Assembly: GCA_000934665.2 (NCBI GenBank)
Contig: KZ539015.1
Span: forward strand, 1 to 40,303
From: Catajapyx aquilonaris
Lineage: Eukaryota
DNA length: 40,303 nucleotides
Direction of reading: 5' to 3'
The translations under genes were made by a program, and so were the position numbers. How positions within the stretch are numbered: position 1 is the first letter of the stretch; each line of letters begins with the position of its first letter. Below are positions 24,630-35,487 of this stretch, one piece after another. Under the pieces are notes generated by a model. The model did not search any database, was not told the origin of the DNA, and saw only the letters and a list, made by a program, of their open reading frames with translations.

Positions 24630-26202
24630 TTAGACAGGAAGTGGAACCTTTCCCTGAGCAGAAGCCGAATCCTCTTCCACTTCCATGGACATCTCATGTC
24701 TTACAGGTATCCTCAAGGATCCCAAAGCTGTTATGTAAGATGTGGTCAGTGCACCGTAGAGTCTTCTGTCGTCAAGCAGAGGATCAGAAAACTACGAAAG
24801 AAGTCAACCAAATCAGTTCAGTGTTATCTTATCAGTGTTTTTTTTTCTTCTCTCTTTTAACATGACGCATGTCTCTCTCGACATTTTTTTTTACAGATAG
24901 TGATTGAATGTTCAAGTCATGTTTACCCCGTATTGGATTCGCCTTGGTTCCAAGCGACGTCGCACACACCAGGCCAGCACCACTGCTACGGCAGCAATGG
25001 TGACAAACATGACCATCAGCACCCCTGAGGATAAAATACATTTATTATTCTCATAAAGGTTTAGCATAATGATAGTATGACCCGGTATGACCCATTGCAT
25101 TTCTTGAGATTAATACGACAAGTAGCTAAAATTATATTCATAAATCCAGGATATCATAGATTGCCTGAATTGATTTAATTTTCATTAATTTTGTCAGCTT
25201 CTGATCACTGATGATGGAAACGAAATGTGTAAATGTTAAAAAATTTTAGGTAAATAGTGTGCTAGATTCCCAATCAGTGCCCTGCTAACACCATTCTGAA
25301 TTATATGGTCGATGATAAATCCGTGATAAAAGGTGGTTTTTAAATCGCAGATAACTTATCCTGAATTTTTAAATCGCATTAATCTAGACATCAAATTGTA
25401 GAGCGCTGATACAGTATGAATCGTTGAATTTAACCTCACTATTAGGCTTACTCAAAAAATCATGCTGCTTCAATTTACTTACAAGATTGTTCGGAAAGTA
25501 TGTGCAAAGAATGTACAGTACAAAGCTACGTAAGTTATCATATGGTAACAAACATCTCTATTTGCGAATTCTCTCAATTTAAAGTTAACACAAATCTGTG
25601 CCTTCAAACCTAGCTGCACAGTAATTGACCCAGTTTTACAAAGTTGCTTACTACAATCACACAATTATTGTTAACGAAACAATGGTCTTAACAATAATCT
25701 ATGCAACAACACCAAGAGCTGACAACACTTATTCCTTGAACTTACATTGTGGTAGTAGATTATGCCCCTCCAGCTTTTACATGTAACAAGTTATAACTGC
25801 CTTCATATCAGCATGTGCGGCTGGTAGTATGCCAAAGTCTTTACGACAAACACTGGATGATGAAACATGCATTTCCTCTCTCTCTCCCTCTCTTTTTTAT
25901 GCAAGCAACCAGTTAAATCAGGTTTACCAAAGGGTTAAGAGGCAATGACCCATCTGTCGACACACTAATGGTTTACTGATATAAAGTGAATTATTATAGA
26001 ATCACTTCCTACTTACAATACCAGTTGTACCATTTGGTCCAGCAGCACACGTGGGGATCATACACGCAACAATGGGCCGAAGCTCCATAGCAAATGTTGC
26101 CACCGCATGTCACATACATCTAAAATCACACATTGTGTTTTAGAGAAGGGAAAAAAAAAATCCTTAAAACTTTTAAAACCAATTTAGACTTACATCAGCC
26201 AT
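24630..26202 (-). CDS. Small Cys-rich single-pass membrane protein, WBP1/VOPP1/TMEM92-like (six-cysteine Shisa-like superfamily), 123 aa
   Basis: Minus-strand exons: 26202-26194 (MAD|gtaagt), 26119-26017 (MYVTCGGNICYGASAHCCVYDPHVCCWTKWYNWY, donor gtaagt), 25024-24927 (WVLMVMFVTIAAVAVVLAWCVRRRLEPRRIQYG), 24791-24630 (FSDPLLDDRRLYGAL...KVPLPV*). All phases are compatible (0,1,0). The C-C-CC-CC pattern is followed by an aromatic stretch and a TM helix. Confidence 0.78.
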
Positions 26203-26870
26203 TTTTTTCTCTCTCTAGTAGTTCTTGTCACACTACAATTAAATTTATAAACACCAAAACGGCTTAGGTCATTTCTCACAAAAAAAATCACACTATGCTG
26301 AAGGGTAACTTATCCATCACTTGTGTTCAGCCCAACTGAAATCAGAGGCCCAAAGTTCGAACCATTGAAGAGATAAGCAGGTGGGATGATTGCCTGATGG
26401 GCGGGTGGGTTTAGATAGGGGGTGGAGGAAAGAAGAAGAAAGAAAAAAAAAAAAAAATTGAGAGATTTGAGATTTGCTTGTCTGTTTACTCTGTTTTGTT
26501 CAGAGATAAAGTTGTCCTTCGGAGGTTTAAGTGGCCACCAACCATGAAGAGGTCATTTTTCGTGTCACTAGGTGGGGCATCTACAGTGACCTCAGCAGTA
26601 CAAAAATAGGCAGGACTTGCCAAAATAAGGGTTATTTTTGTGGCAACATAAGACTCTTATTGAAGCATTATACACACTACTTGGAGTAATACCACTGCAG
26701 GTTTATGCTTGCTTTGTTGCTATGTTAGATAAGAAGGGACAGATACAGTAGGCATATACCTTTAATAATTACCCAAAGGAGATTAGTCTGGAAATCTTAT
26801 GGCAATAACTGCCAATGTATTATCATTGAAATACAAAGTTATATGTACTGGTTTCACGTGTACTGTAACT

Positions 26871-27024
26871 ACGTGTCATTAAAGCAAATTATCCCAGTCT
26901 AGATCATTCTAGATCATTTCAGCAAACAACAATGCTATCATCTGCATTGGCGATAGGTGCAGCTGCACCTATCGCCATGCAGATGATAGCATATTATTGT
27001 TTGCTGAAAAAAATAATGACACGT
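26871..27024. repeat. Long palindrome
   Basis: 26917-27009 is nearly perfectly self-complementary around a loopless centre tggcgataggtgcag|ctgcacctatcgcca; outer IR acgtgtcatta / taatgacacgt. Confidence 0.9.
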
Positions 27025-27174
27025 CGCAATTTTTTAAAACCTTTTAAAATCATCTGTAACAAAACACGTCCGCATTCGGTGGTGCAATAACTGTAATATA
27101 ATATTAAATTTGGAAATAATTATTGTCATCAATACAAGTTGGGTGTTAACCTTAGCATTTTCATATAACCTACA

Positions 27175-27193
27175 TAGTAGTAGTAGTAGTAAC

Positions 27194-27291
<98 letters not shown>

Positions 27292-27383
27292 ACTACGTCT
27301 ACGATGACAACAACCATAATATTAATATTAATACAGTATAACAATCATCTATGGCCAGATGCACTGGACACCCCTTAATGGGA

Positions 27384-27446
<63 letters not shown>
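27175..27446. repeat. Inverted pair of microsatellites (TAG)n 27175-27290 and (TAC)n 27384-27446
   Basis: Direct reading; the two tracts are reverse complements. Confidence 0.95.
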
Positions 27447-27448
<2 letters not shown>

Positions 27449-27766
27449 GGGCTGTGCGATATCCGAAATTGCATAGCGACTTTCGATACTCAAAGAATAT
27501 CGCATCGAAGTCGATATATTGAAAATCGAATAACCGACATCGAAAACCGACATCGCAAAATGTCGCACATCGCAAAATATCGCAAACCGACATCGAATCG
27601 ACATCGCAAAATATCGCAAACCGACATCGAATCGACATCGCAAAATATCGCAAACCGACATCGCGATATTCGATACATCGCACATGCCAAGTGTAGGATA
27701 TCGCAACGTCGATATTAGGAAAATATCGCATCGACACTCGATGTATCGAAATATCGCACAGCCCTA
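27447..27766. mobile_element. hAT-like MITE, 320 bp
   Basis: 16-bp TIR tagggctgtgcgatat / atatcgcacagcccta with TAGGG termini and an ATCG-rich interior with tandem units of about 33-34 bp. The TSD is obscured by flanking microsatellites. Confidence 0.85.
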
Positions 27767-27789
27767 CCACCACCACCACCACCACCACC

Positions 27790-27822
<33 letters not shown>

Positions 27823-27850
27823 GCTACTACTACTAATAATAATAACATTG

Positions 27851-27911
<61 letters not shown>

Positions 27912-27917
27912 TAATAA
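27767..27917. repeat. Compound (CAC)n(TAC)n(TAA)n microsatellite
   Basis: Direct reading. Confidence 0.95.
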
Positions 27918-28573
27918 AAGTGTATATCATGCGGTATTAGATACAGTATCATCACGGATATCATGGATTCAAATTCCGCGCGTTCCACTGTTACCAGACG
28001 CACAATATTAAACCACCTCATTTTAACCTACACTTTTAAATATTCCCACCCCAATTTAATTGTCCGATTTGAAATCTACACAATCATTATTATCGTAAAT
28101 ATTTTTATTTAATATAATGACCACAGCGCCATCTGCCATATTGGGCGAAGACAAGTGAAGTCTGACGGTGCGCATGAAATTCGGCGAAAAAAAAAAAAGA
28201 AAAAGAAACAAAAAAGGTCCCCCTCTCGTTCGAAGCGATTCGAAGCCGGATTCGGCCCTCGAGAGAGAAACACTAAGGGCGGACCCAGGGGCGGCCTCGA
28301 GGAGAGGGCAGCCCTGTCTCCTTGTCTCTACAGACGAGGGGGGGAAGAGAGGGAGGTCGAGATGAACCGGGCCTGGCACTGGAGAGGTGGGTGCAGCGTG
28401 ACTCAGGCCTAGATGGTTCTGGAACATTGGTTGGAACACTGTGGGTGCTGGGAAAGGTGGGGGGGGCAGGACCCTGGGCAGAACACCAGTTGGCTTATTC
28501 GCATCAGAAGGACTCAATCTGCAGAGCATGTGTCGTACGCTGACAAAAGTATATTTTCTTTCCAGATTAGAAG

Positions 28574-31500
28574 ATGATGGAGAACAACCCAAGCCCATCG
28601 AGGCTGCAGGTGGCACCTGCGGCCTACGACCCAAACATCAGGCTGAAGGTGCTGACGGACCTTGGAAGCGGCGTTGAGGTGGACCCTAAAATCCCGCCTC
28701 GCAGGTACTACAGGTCAGGGCTGGAGATGGTCAGGATGGCTAACGTCTACTACGAGGAAGGAAGCTTCGAGAATGCCTTCATACTCTACTTCAAGTTTAT
28801 TACGTGAGCGATGCGACCTAGTCGTTTTATGCAGAAATGTAACGCGCATTGTTGCAGGTTGTTCTTGGAAAAGATCCGGAGCCACCCGGACTACGAGATG
28901 GTTCCGAACGTGGACAAGAAGATCAACACGCAGAAGCTGAGGGAGGTTTTGCCTAAAGCCGAACAGCTGAAGGGTCTGCTACTGGAGAAGTTTACCAGAG
29001 AGCATGACAGATACGCAGAAGAGCAGGTATTATGCTGGTGGTTTAATTACGCAGCCTGAGCGATTCGACGAGCGATAACCAATATTGTTGGAGGTGAAAG
29101 TAACAATCGATTTTCGCTTCAAACAATACTGGTTAGTTGCGTTACTCAGCGATGTTATCGCTCGGCTAAGACGTCGCTTGTCAAATCGCATGTAAATGTG
29201 GCTTATCTCTTTGCAACGACTATAAAGCTGTATTTACATGTGAGCGATGTCATCGCCAAGCGGTAACATCGCTGAGTAACCCGAGGCGAAAATCAATTGT
29301 TAACTTTCACCTCCAACAATATTGTAAACGTACGCACGGCTTTACAGTCGTTGCAAAGAGATAGGCCACAATTAAGCGGCGTTTACATGTGAGCGATTTG
29401 ACGAGTGAAATCGTTGCCGAGGCTGAAATTAACAATCGATTTTTGCCTCAAACACTTTGGGTACTTGGTGATGACATCGCACGATCAAATCACTCGTATG
29501 TAAAACACACCTTTACGTGTGAGTGATTTGATCAGCGATGTTGCAGCAATGAGATCAATTGTTTGGGGTAAAAAATATATTGTTACTTTCACTCAGCGAT
29601 GTCGTCCTTGCAGCACTGCTGATCAAATCGATCACATGTAAACGCGGCTTTAGCGTGGTGATTACCAAAGTCACAACGAAATTGTGATTGCTTAGAAACG
29701 AAGGAATTGCGTACACATTAATATTGTAGTGTGCATTTATTGCCACCAAAGAGTTCTGCTATATTATATATACACCTAGAGGAGGCACTCGGCCTGAAAT
29801 GTGAGGCAGGCAACAATGCAGGCAACAATATGACCTCCAACAAGATGGCGGACGCCTGACATTATTGAACTAATTGTCGCCCAGTTGTCATTATTGGTTG
29901 TTGTCCCAGTTGCTAAACAACCGTTAGAACAACAATATGACCTCCAACAAGATGGCGGCTGCCTCAGCCTGTCTAATGGAAAAGGATAGGGAGTACCTCC
30001 TCTAGGTATTATATTATATAATAGCAGAACTCTTTGATTGCCACCGAGGTTGAAGTAATGTAATTATTAAGCTGTAGACACTAATAATTAGAGCAGAGGC
30101 GTCACCATTTAACAGTGGATGCAATGTCTCCTGTAATCACGGTCTGGACCCATTTTTATTGCAACGGTACACATTTGCAAACAAGTAACCGCCGCATTTA
30201 TATGTGAGCGATTTGATCAGCAATGTGCAGCAATCCAATTGTTTGGAAGCGAACGTAACAATTGATTTTCGTCCCCAAATGGGTTTCATCTCTGACCGAA
30301 TCGCTGACATATAAAGGCGGCTTAAAATCTTGCAATGAGAGCTGAAAATGACTCTTATTGCAATTCCCCAGCGGCGGAGAGATGCTGAGCACCAGCGTGA
30401 GCATGAGAGGCGTCGTCGGGAGAGTGACGAACGCCGCAAGCTGGAGGAGGCTCAGATACGATTCCAGCAGGAGAAGCAACGCATCTTGGAGAAGGAGAGA
30501 GAGAGGCTCAAGAAACTGGATTTGGACTCTGGCAGCAGCAATTCCTCAGCGGCCTCGGATCACCAGCATCCGAGGTGGGACACCAATGGGACCTTGGCAC
30601 CTCCCCATTCGGATAGCACAGGCGGATTAGCACCTGGGGCATCCCGACCGCAGCTGACCACCACCACAGCAGGTCCGTTGCTTCAAGCCTATTTCACAAA
30701 CGGACGTCGTAGTGTTTGTAGCGTGTGACAAGAATTTTTTAACATCACGCGTGATGTTTTTGTCACCAACAACTAAGCGGCAGCCACATCTTGCCTCGGT
30801 CGCCACAATTTGCTGCGAGGCGACGAGTGGCGTCCGTCGCTCCAGTCGCACGCTTCAAACGCTGCGATGTCCATTAATGATTAGCCGCAATTAAATTGTT
30901 GTTTGCATAGGCACATCCTGCTGAAAAAAACTTTTGTTCAAATTTGGGCCCCCTGTGCTCAGCATGATTCATCTTTGCTGTGTGTATGACTCATGCATGA
31001 CTCACTATGAGGTCATGTCATGACCCTTTCTTCTCACAGTCACCCTCTGAATCATGTTTCGACTTGGTTCATTCTATCACCTCACCTGGGTTGAAAATAT
31101 TGTTCCCTTCTGGACTACCCTAGTTTTTGCCTCTTAAAATTTTGTCGAGATGCCTGTTATCAAAGTAACTAAGCAGTATTCCAGCATCGCCATACGGTCC
31201 AGAAGGCCTGTGAATCGGACCACCCGAGCTAAAGGTGAAGGCCCTTCGAGTGTAGAAATTGTCCGTTGTGTACTAACATCATAATTGAAACAAACGACTG
31301 CCGGTTTGACTTGTGAACTAATTGCGTACTTGTGTTTAGGTGCATCGGAGAAGGAGAGGCCTAGTGTAGACCGTACGACAAAGCCGAGCTCCCTGCTGAG
31401 CCCATCTCTTCACAGCAAGCTAGGACTTCGGGATGTGGTGGTGCCCTGCGACCTCATGCAAAGGTTCCTCAGGCTGAGTAAGAAAAACACGGAGTCTAGC

Positions 31501-32298
31501 GTCGAGACATGCGGGATCCTCGCCGGGAAGCTGGTATGTACCTTTACATTGTAGACAATTTTGGTCTTACTAACGCTCGACTTTTATTTACGTAGGCCCA
31601 CAACCGCCTGAACATTACGCATCTTCTAGTGCCGAAACAGTCCGGCACTTCGGACAGCTGCACAACCGAAAACGAGGAGGAAATATTCGACTTTCAGGAT
31701 GCCCACAATCTGATCACCCTGGGTTGGATCCACACGCATCCGACCCAGACGGCCTTTCTCTCCTCCGTTGATCTGCACACACACTGCTCCTACCAACTCA
31801 TGATGCCCGAGGCCATCGCAATCGTGTGCGCACCGAAGTACGACCAGACGGGATTCTTCACTCTGACCCCGCATCACGGACTCGACTTCATAGCCAACTG
31901 CAGGCAGTCTGGATTCCATCCGCACCCATTGGAACCACCACTTTTTGCAGTAAGAAAAATTCTTCAGATTTGCTGAACGTCCCGTCATTTTTAAAATTAT
32001 TAAATAATATGTAGTGCGAGTCGTTGGGAGCTTCTAAAAATAACCTTTGCAATATGGTCTTATCTTGGCAATATCCTCGTAGCTTCATATCTACTTCCAC
32101 CAGTCAGTGCGGTTGCTGAATATTTGCTTAAATTTTGAAGTACGTTCGTCACGTTGCAACAACTCTGCGATTTTGCAATTACGATCCTCATTATCTGGTG
32201 TTTGCGATCCTTATTGACTCGTCATTGTTTTGCAGGAAGCTCAGCATGCCAAGTTGGACGACATGGCCTCAGTTCAGATTGTCGACCTCCGGAGGTAA
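28574..32298 (+). CDS. STAMBP: STAM-binding protein / AMSH, JAMM-family K63 deubiquitinase, 436 aa
   Basis: Exons 28574-28803, 28858-29026 (MIT/USP8-dimer-like: [17 protein letters not shown]...[24 protein letters not shown]), 30372-30672 (charged coiled coil), 31340-31533 (SH3-binding [20 protein letters not shown]), 31596-31949 ([25 protein letters not shown]), 32236-32298 (IVDLRR*). Total 1311 nt in frame. An acceptor ending at 28565 implies an upstream non-coding exon. Confidence 0.96.
29055..29652. mobile_element. Cluster of about 4 related palindromic MITEs (PIF/Harbinger-like) in STAMBP intron
   Basis: Repeated termini gcgtttacatgtgagcgatttga / tcaaatcg.tcacatgtaaacgcggct in both orientations; same family as 30189-30322 and 35019-35151. 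Confidence 0.7.
29747..30036. mobile_element. P-element-superfamily-like MITE, 290 bp
   Basis: TIR caaagagttctgctat / atagcagaactctttg with subterminal IR acctagaggagg. Perfect 8-bp TSD ATTGCCAC (29739-29746, 30037-30044). Internal duplicated caacaatatgacctccaacaagatggcgg. Confidence 0.88.
30189..30322. mobile_element. Palindromic MITE (Harbinger-like family copy)
   Basis: gccgcatttatatgtgagcgatttgatcag ... ctgaccgaatcgctgacatataaaggcggct, flanked by TAA. Confidence 0.7.
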
Positions 32299-33680
32299 TG
32301 GAGTTGCACAAGGAAACGAGAGAGAGAGAGAGAGAGAGAGAATTTATTTAAGCTTTATTTTTTTGTATGTAGGGGAAAGGGGAGAAGCTGGCATTACGTG
32401 CAGCTTACACTTTTCCTACACGAGGCAAGTGAAATCAGTAACCCAAAAAAAACACAGATTTTTGCAAAAAAAAACAACGGGATGGATTTTTTTTTAAATG
32501 CGTCTTTTAAAAGTCATTTACCAGGAAAACGGGGCAGGCTAATTAAAATTTGATCTCGAAAATGGCTACTGCAGTTACTAATTGCTTAGTTAGCAGTTAT
32601 TGGAATGCGAATTTTTACGAGGGTACTTATATGCATTGAATTTTATAACACGTAAGTACTAGTCGTTGCCGTACATACAAATTGATGTAAATGCGGTGGT
32701 CGTTTTTTTATGAGATCAGAATTTGATGGATGGAAAATTATTGGAGCGCGATGTACTTTTTACGATGCACAGATTTTTTTCCGAGTGACTGTATAGCGAG
32801 AATTCCAGCAATTCGGCCTCTACACGAACACAATTCTTTGAATGCCTTAAGCGTGAGGCTGGAGGGGAAACGATGACGAAATTGCATTCCAAGTGCGGCA
32901 TGCAAAGACTCTTCATTTTTTTTTATTTGCACAAAGTAATGTTTTTTCTCCCTTCGCGACAAACCCGAGCCCATCGTCCCTGAACTGATAAATGATTGGC
33001 GCTTGTAATGTGTACTTTAAAAAAAAGATATTGTTTTTAGCGACTGCTTTTTTGCTTGCTGGTCGGTTTAATTTAACGTTCACATTCCTGGCTGCGACTT
33101 TTTGCACACGAGTCTCGATGCACTGGAGATAAAATGTATGTAACATAAAAAAAAGCAATGTCCTACCCACCCTTACAAAAAAAAAATGAAATGTTAGGGA
33201 CATGTAGTTACGGGTGGGACGCCAAAAAAAAATGTTAAAAATTGTAGATAACACCGCTTTATGAAGTTAATATGTTGCTTTATTGTTGGCGCTGCAAAGT
33301 AACAGTTATTATTAATTATTTAAACAAAAAAAAATGAGATAATTAATCACAGTTTGCAGAGAGTTGATTGAATATTCAATTGCACCATTGTTTGATAAGA
33401 AATAATATTTAAAAAATAAAAAAAAAGGTGTGACAATTATATTGTAAAGGAAGAGCACAGGGGGGGAAAAAAAGTTTAGGAAGATATTTGTGTACAGAAG
33501 GGTATGTGATGATATGATATGAAGAAAAAAAATAATATATATGACCCACGAATTGTTTTGAGATTGTGGTGATTGCGTCGACACCTGGCACCCCCCCTTT
33601 ATCAGTATCTGCGGCTTGGAGGAGATAAACGGAGCACCGGTTTTTTTACCTTGTCGTTTGTGCGTCTTTGTTTTGCCAAG

Positions 33681-35202
33681 ATGGACGGCAAGCTGCGGAA
33701 GATTCTAGTGGGCTTGGCATTGTTGATCGTTGCAGGTAAGAGTATTTCGTTGCTTTGGTTCGCTGTTGGTCTCATTTAATCGGTTGTTCAGGAGGAGCTA
33801 ATGGATCACTGGATGTTGGCGAGATACCAGAAAGTAGCAGTACATCCACGGAGAATGTTACAACAACAGCAAACGTGACTGCGGACACAAATCCGACAAC
33901 TACAGCAACAAATTCAACACTATCGCCAACAAGCTCAAGTCCAGATGGGTCTACAACAACAGGTCCAAGTACACAAACTGAAAGTACTGCAAGTACAACT
34001 TCAAGCACCACAAGCAATGCAACAACAGAGAGTACTGCAACTACTCCTGCAGAGACGACAGCAAGTTCCTCGACTGGTTGGATGACAACGAGTACAGGAA
34101 GTTCTCTGGCACACACCACAACAAGTGTCAGTACAGAGAGTACGCCTGCAACGAAGACGAGTGTCGGTACGGAAAGTACGCCTGTGGCAGACACAACATT
34201 TTCTAGTACTGAAGGTCATACTACGCCAGCGGCTGCGAGTTCAACTACTGCAACCGAATCAACCGATGCGACAAGTTCAACCGATGCAACATCGACGACT
34301 GTAGATTCATCGACGCCAACCACCGCAAACACAACCGAACCGGATTATGACGACTATGATGGTCGAGCCTTCGCAAATGCCAATCTGGAAAAAATCATCC
34401 TGACGGTGATGGTGGTTTACATCATATGTGCAGCGATTGGCGGAGTCAGCGTCTATGCATGGATACGATTCAGAAGGTACACAATTTGTTACTCGTATGA
34501 CTCTTGTACCGTGTATGATACTCGCATCCGAGGTACTACTTGTAGCATACTTTTACTGAAATCTTCCTCGTCTTGGCTTTGACATGAAAGTGCGTACTAA
34601 TTACTGGTACTTGTATGCCTGATTGCACCAATGAAATTACCGATTCGATAGCGCCCAGCGTATCGTTGGGACACATTAATAGAGTTCCTAACGATCCATT
34701 AGGAGCTATTGGATCGGTAATTTCAGTTGGTGCATTAGAGTATGCCGAAAGATGATTTTACGTACAAGTAATTGCAGTAATTGTTGCAACACTTATTCTC
34801 TCACCCAGGAGGCGCTATGGCGACAGGCAGCTGCTAATCAACAGCGAGGATTTCGAACCGAGACATGACTTCACACATTTTGAGGTGCATAATGAGTGTT
34901 ACGTATCTGGAAAAATGAGAGCTTCTTTCCAGGCCATTTCCGTTATCGATTGCGGATCGAGCAACGTCACAATCGAGAATATAATCGCCTGGAGGAAAGC
35001 TCGCATTTTTCAACGTAAAGCCGCGTTTACATGCGAGCGATTCGATCGGCAACGTCGTCGCTGAGCGATGAACCCAATTGTTTGGTAACAATTGGATTCC
35101 TCGCTCAATTATGACATCGCTGATCGAATCCGCTCGTATGTAAACCCAGCGTAATGCGCAACTCACTACTAACCAAATATCTTGTTCTCGTTTCAGTTGT
35201 GA
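33681..35202 (+). CDS. Mucin-like Ser/Thr-rich type I membrane glycoprotein, 273 aa
   Basis: Exons 33681-33735 (signal peptide MDGKLRKILVGLALLIVA), 33792-34476 (S/T-rich stalk, N-glycan sequons, TM IILTVMVVYIICAAIGGVSVYAWI), 34809-34884 (tail RRYGDRQLLINSEDFEPRHDFTHFE), 35197-35202 (L*). A TACTAAC branch point precedes the last acceptor and AATAAA is at 35221-35226. Confidence 0.85.
34614..34743. mobile_element. Palindromic MITE-like element in mucin-gene intron 2
   Basis: tgcaccaatgaaattaccgat (34624) pairs with atcggtaatttcagttggtgca (ending 34734); inner arms are also complementary. Confidence 0.7.
35019..35151. mobile_element. Palindromic MITE (Harbinger-like), TAA TSD
   Basis: TAA|agccgcgtttacatgcgagcgattcgatc ... 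gatcgaatccgctcgtatgtaaacccagcg|TAA. Confidence 0.8.
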
Positions 35203-35487
35203 TGCGTTTTTTACCAACTAAATAAATTAACTGCAAAACTTCCCACTCAAAATACATTTATTTCCACCATGAGATTTAACATCACGTTCACAGTAAACCC
35301 CCTTAACCCAATCAAAATATCTCGACGACATTATTATTATTTTTTTTTAGCATCCTACTTCCCCCAACAATTTGCTAACTATTTGTGAGCTACAACAATT
35401 AACTCGCATTCGTATGTATGGATTTTCTTGATTCGAGCCGTGTGTCGCTAACAATGGAAGTGATCGTTTTGCTTGAACACAGGTCGA

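Noticed and set aside
27129..28021. ORFs with poly-T/L/V/I/Y tracts and repeated CDILRCRF
   Set aside because: These are translations of microsatellites and MITE tandem repeats.
28056..28634. 192-aa minus-strand ORF overlapping the STAMBP 5' region
   Set aside because: No domain features; it is antisense to a GC/purine-rich 5'UTR and first coding exon.
33772..34219. Val-rich and Cys-rich antisense ORFs
   Set aside because: These are shadows of the Thr/Ser-rich mucin exon on the opposite strand.
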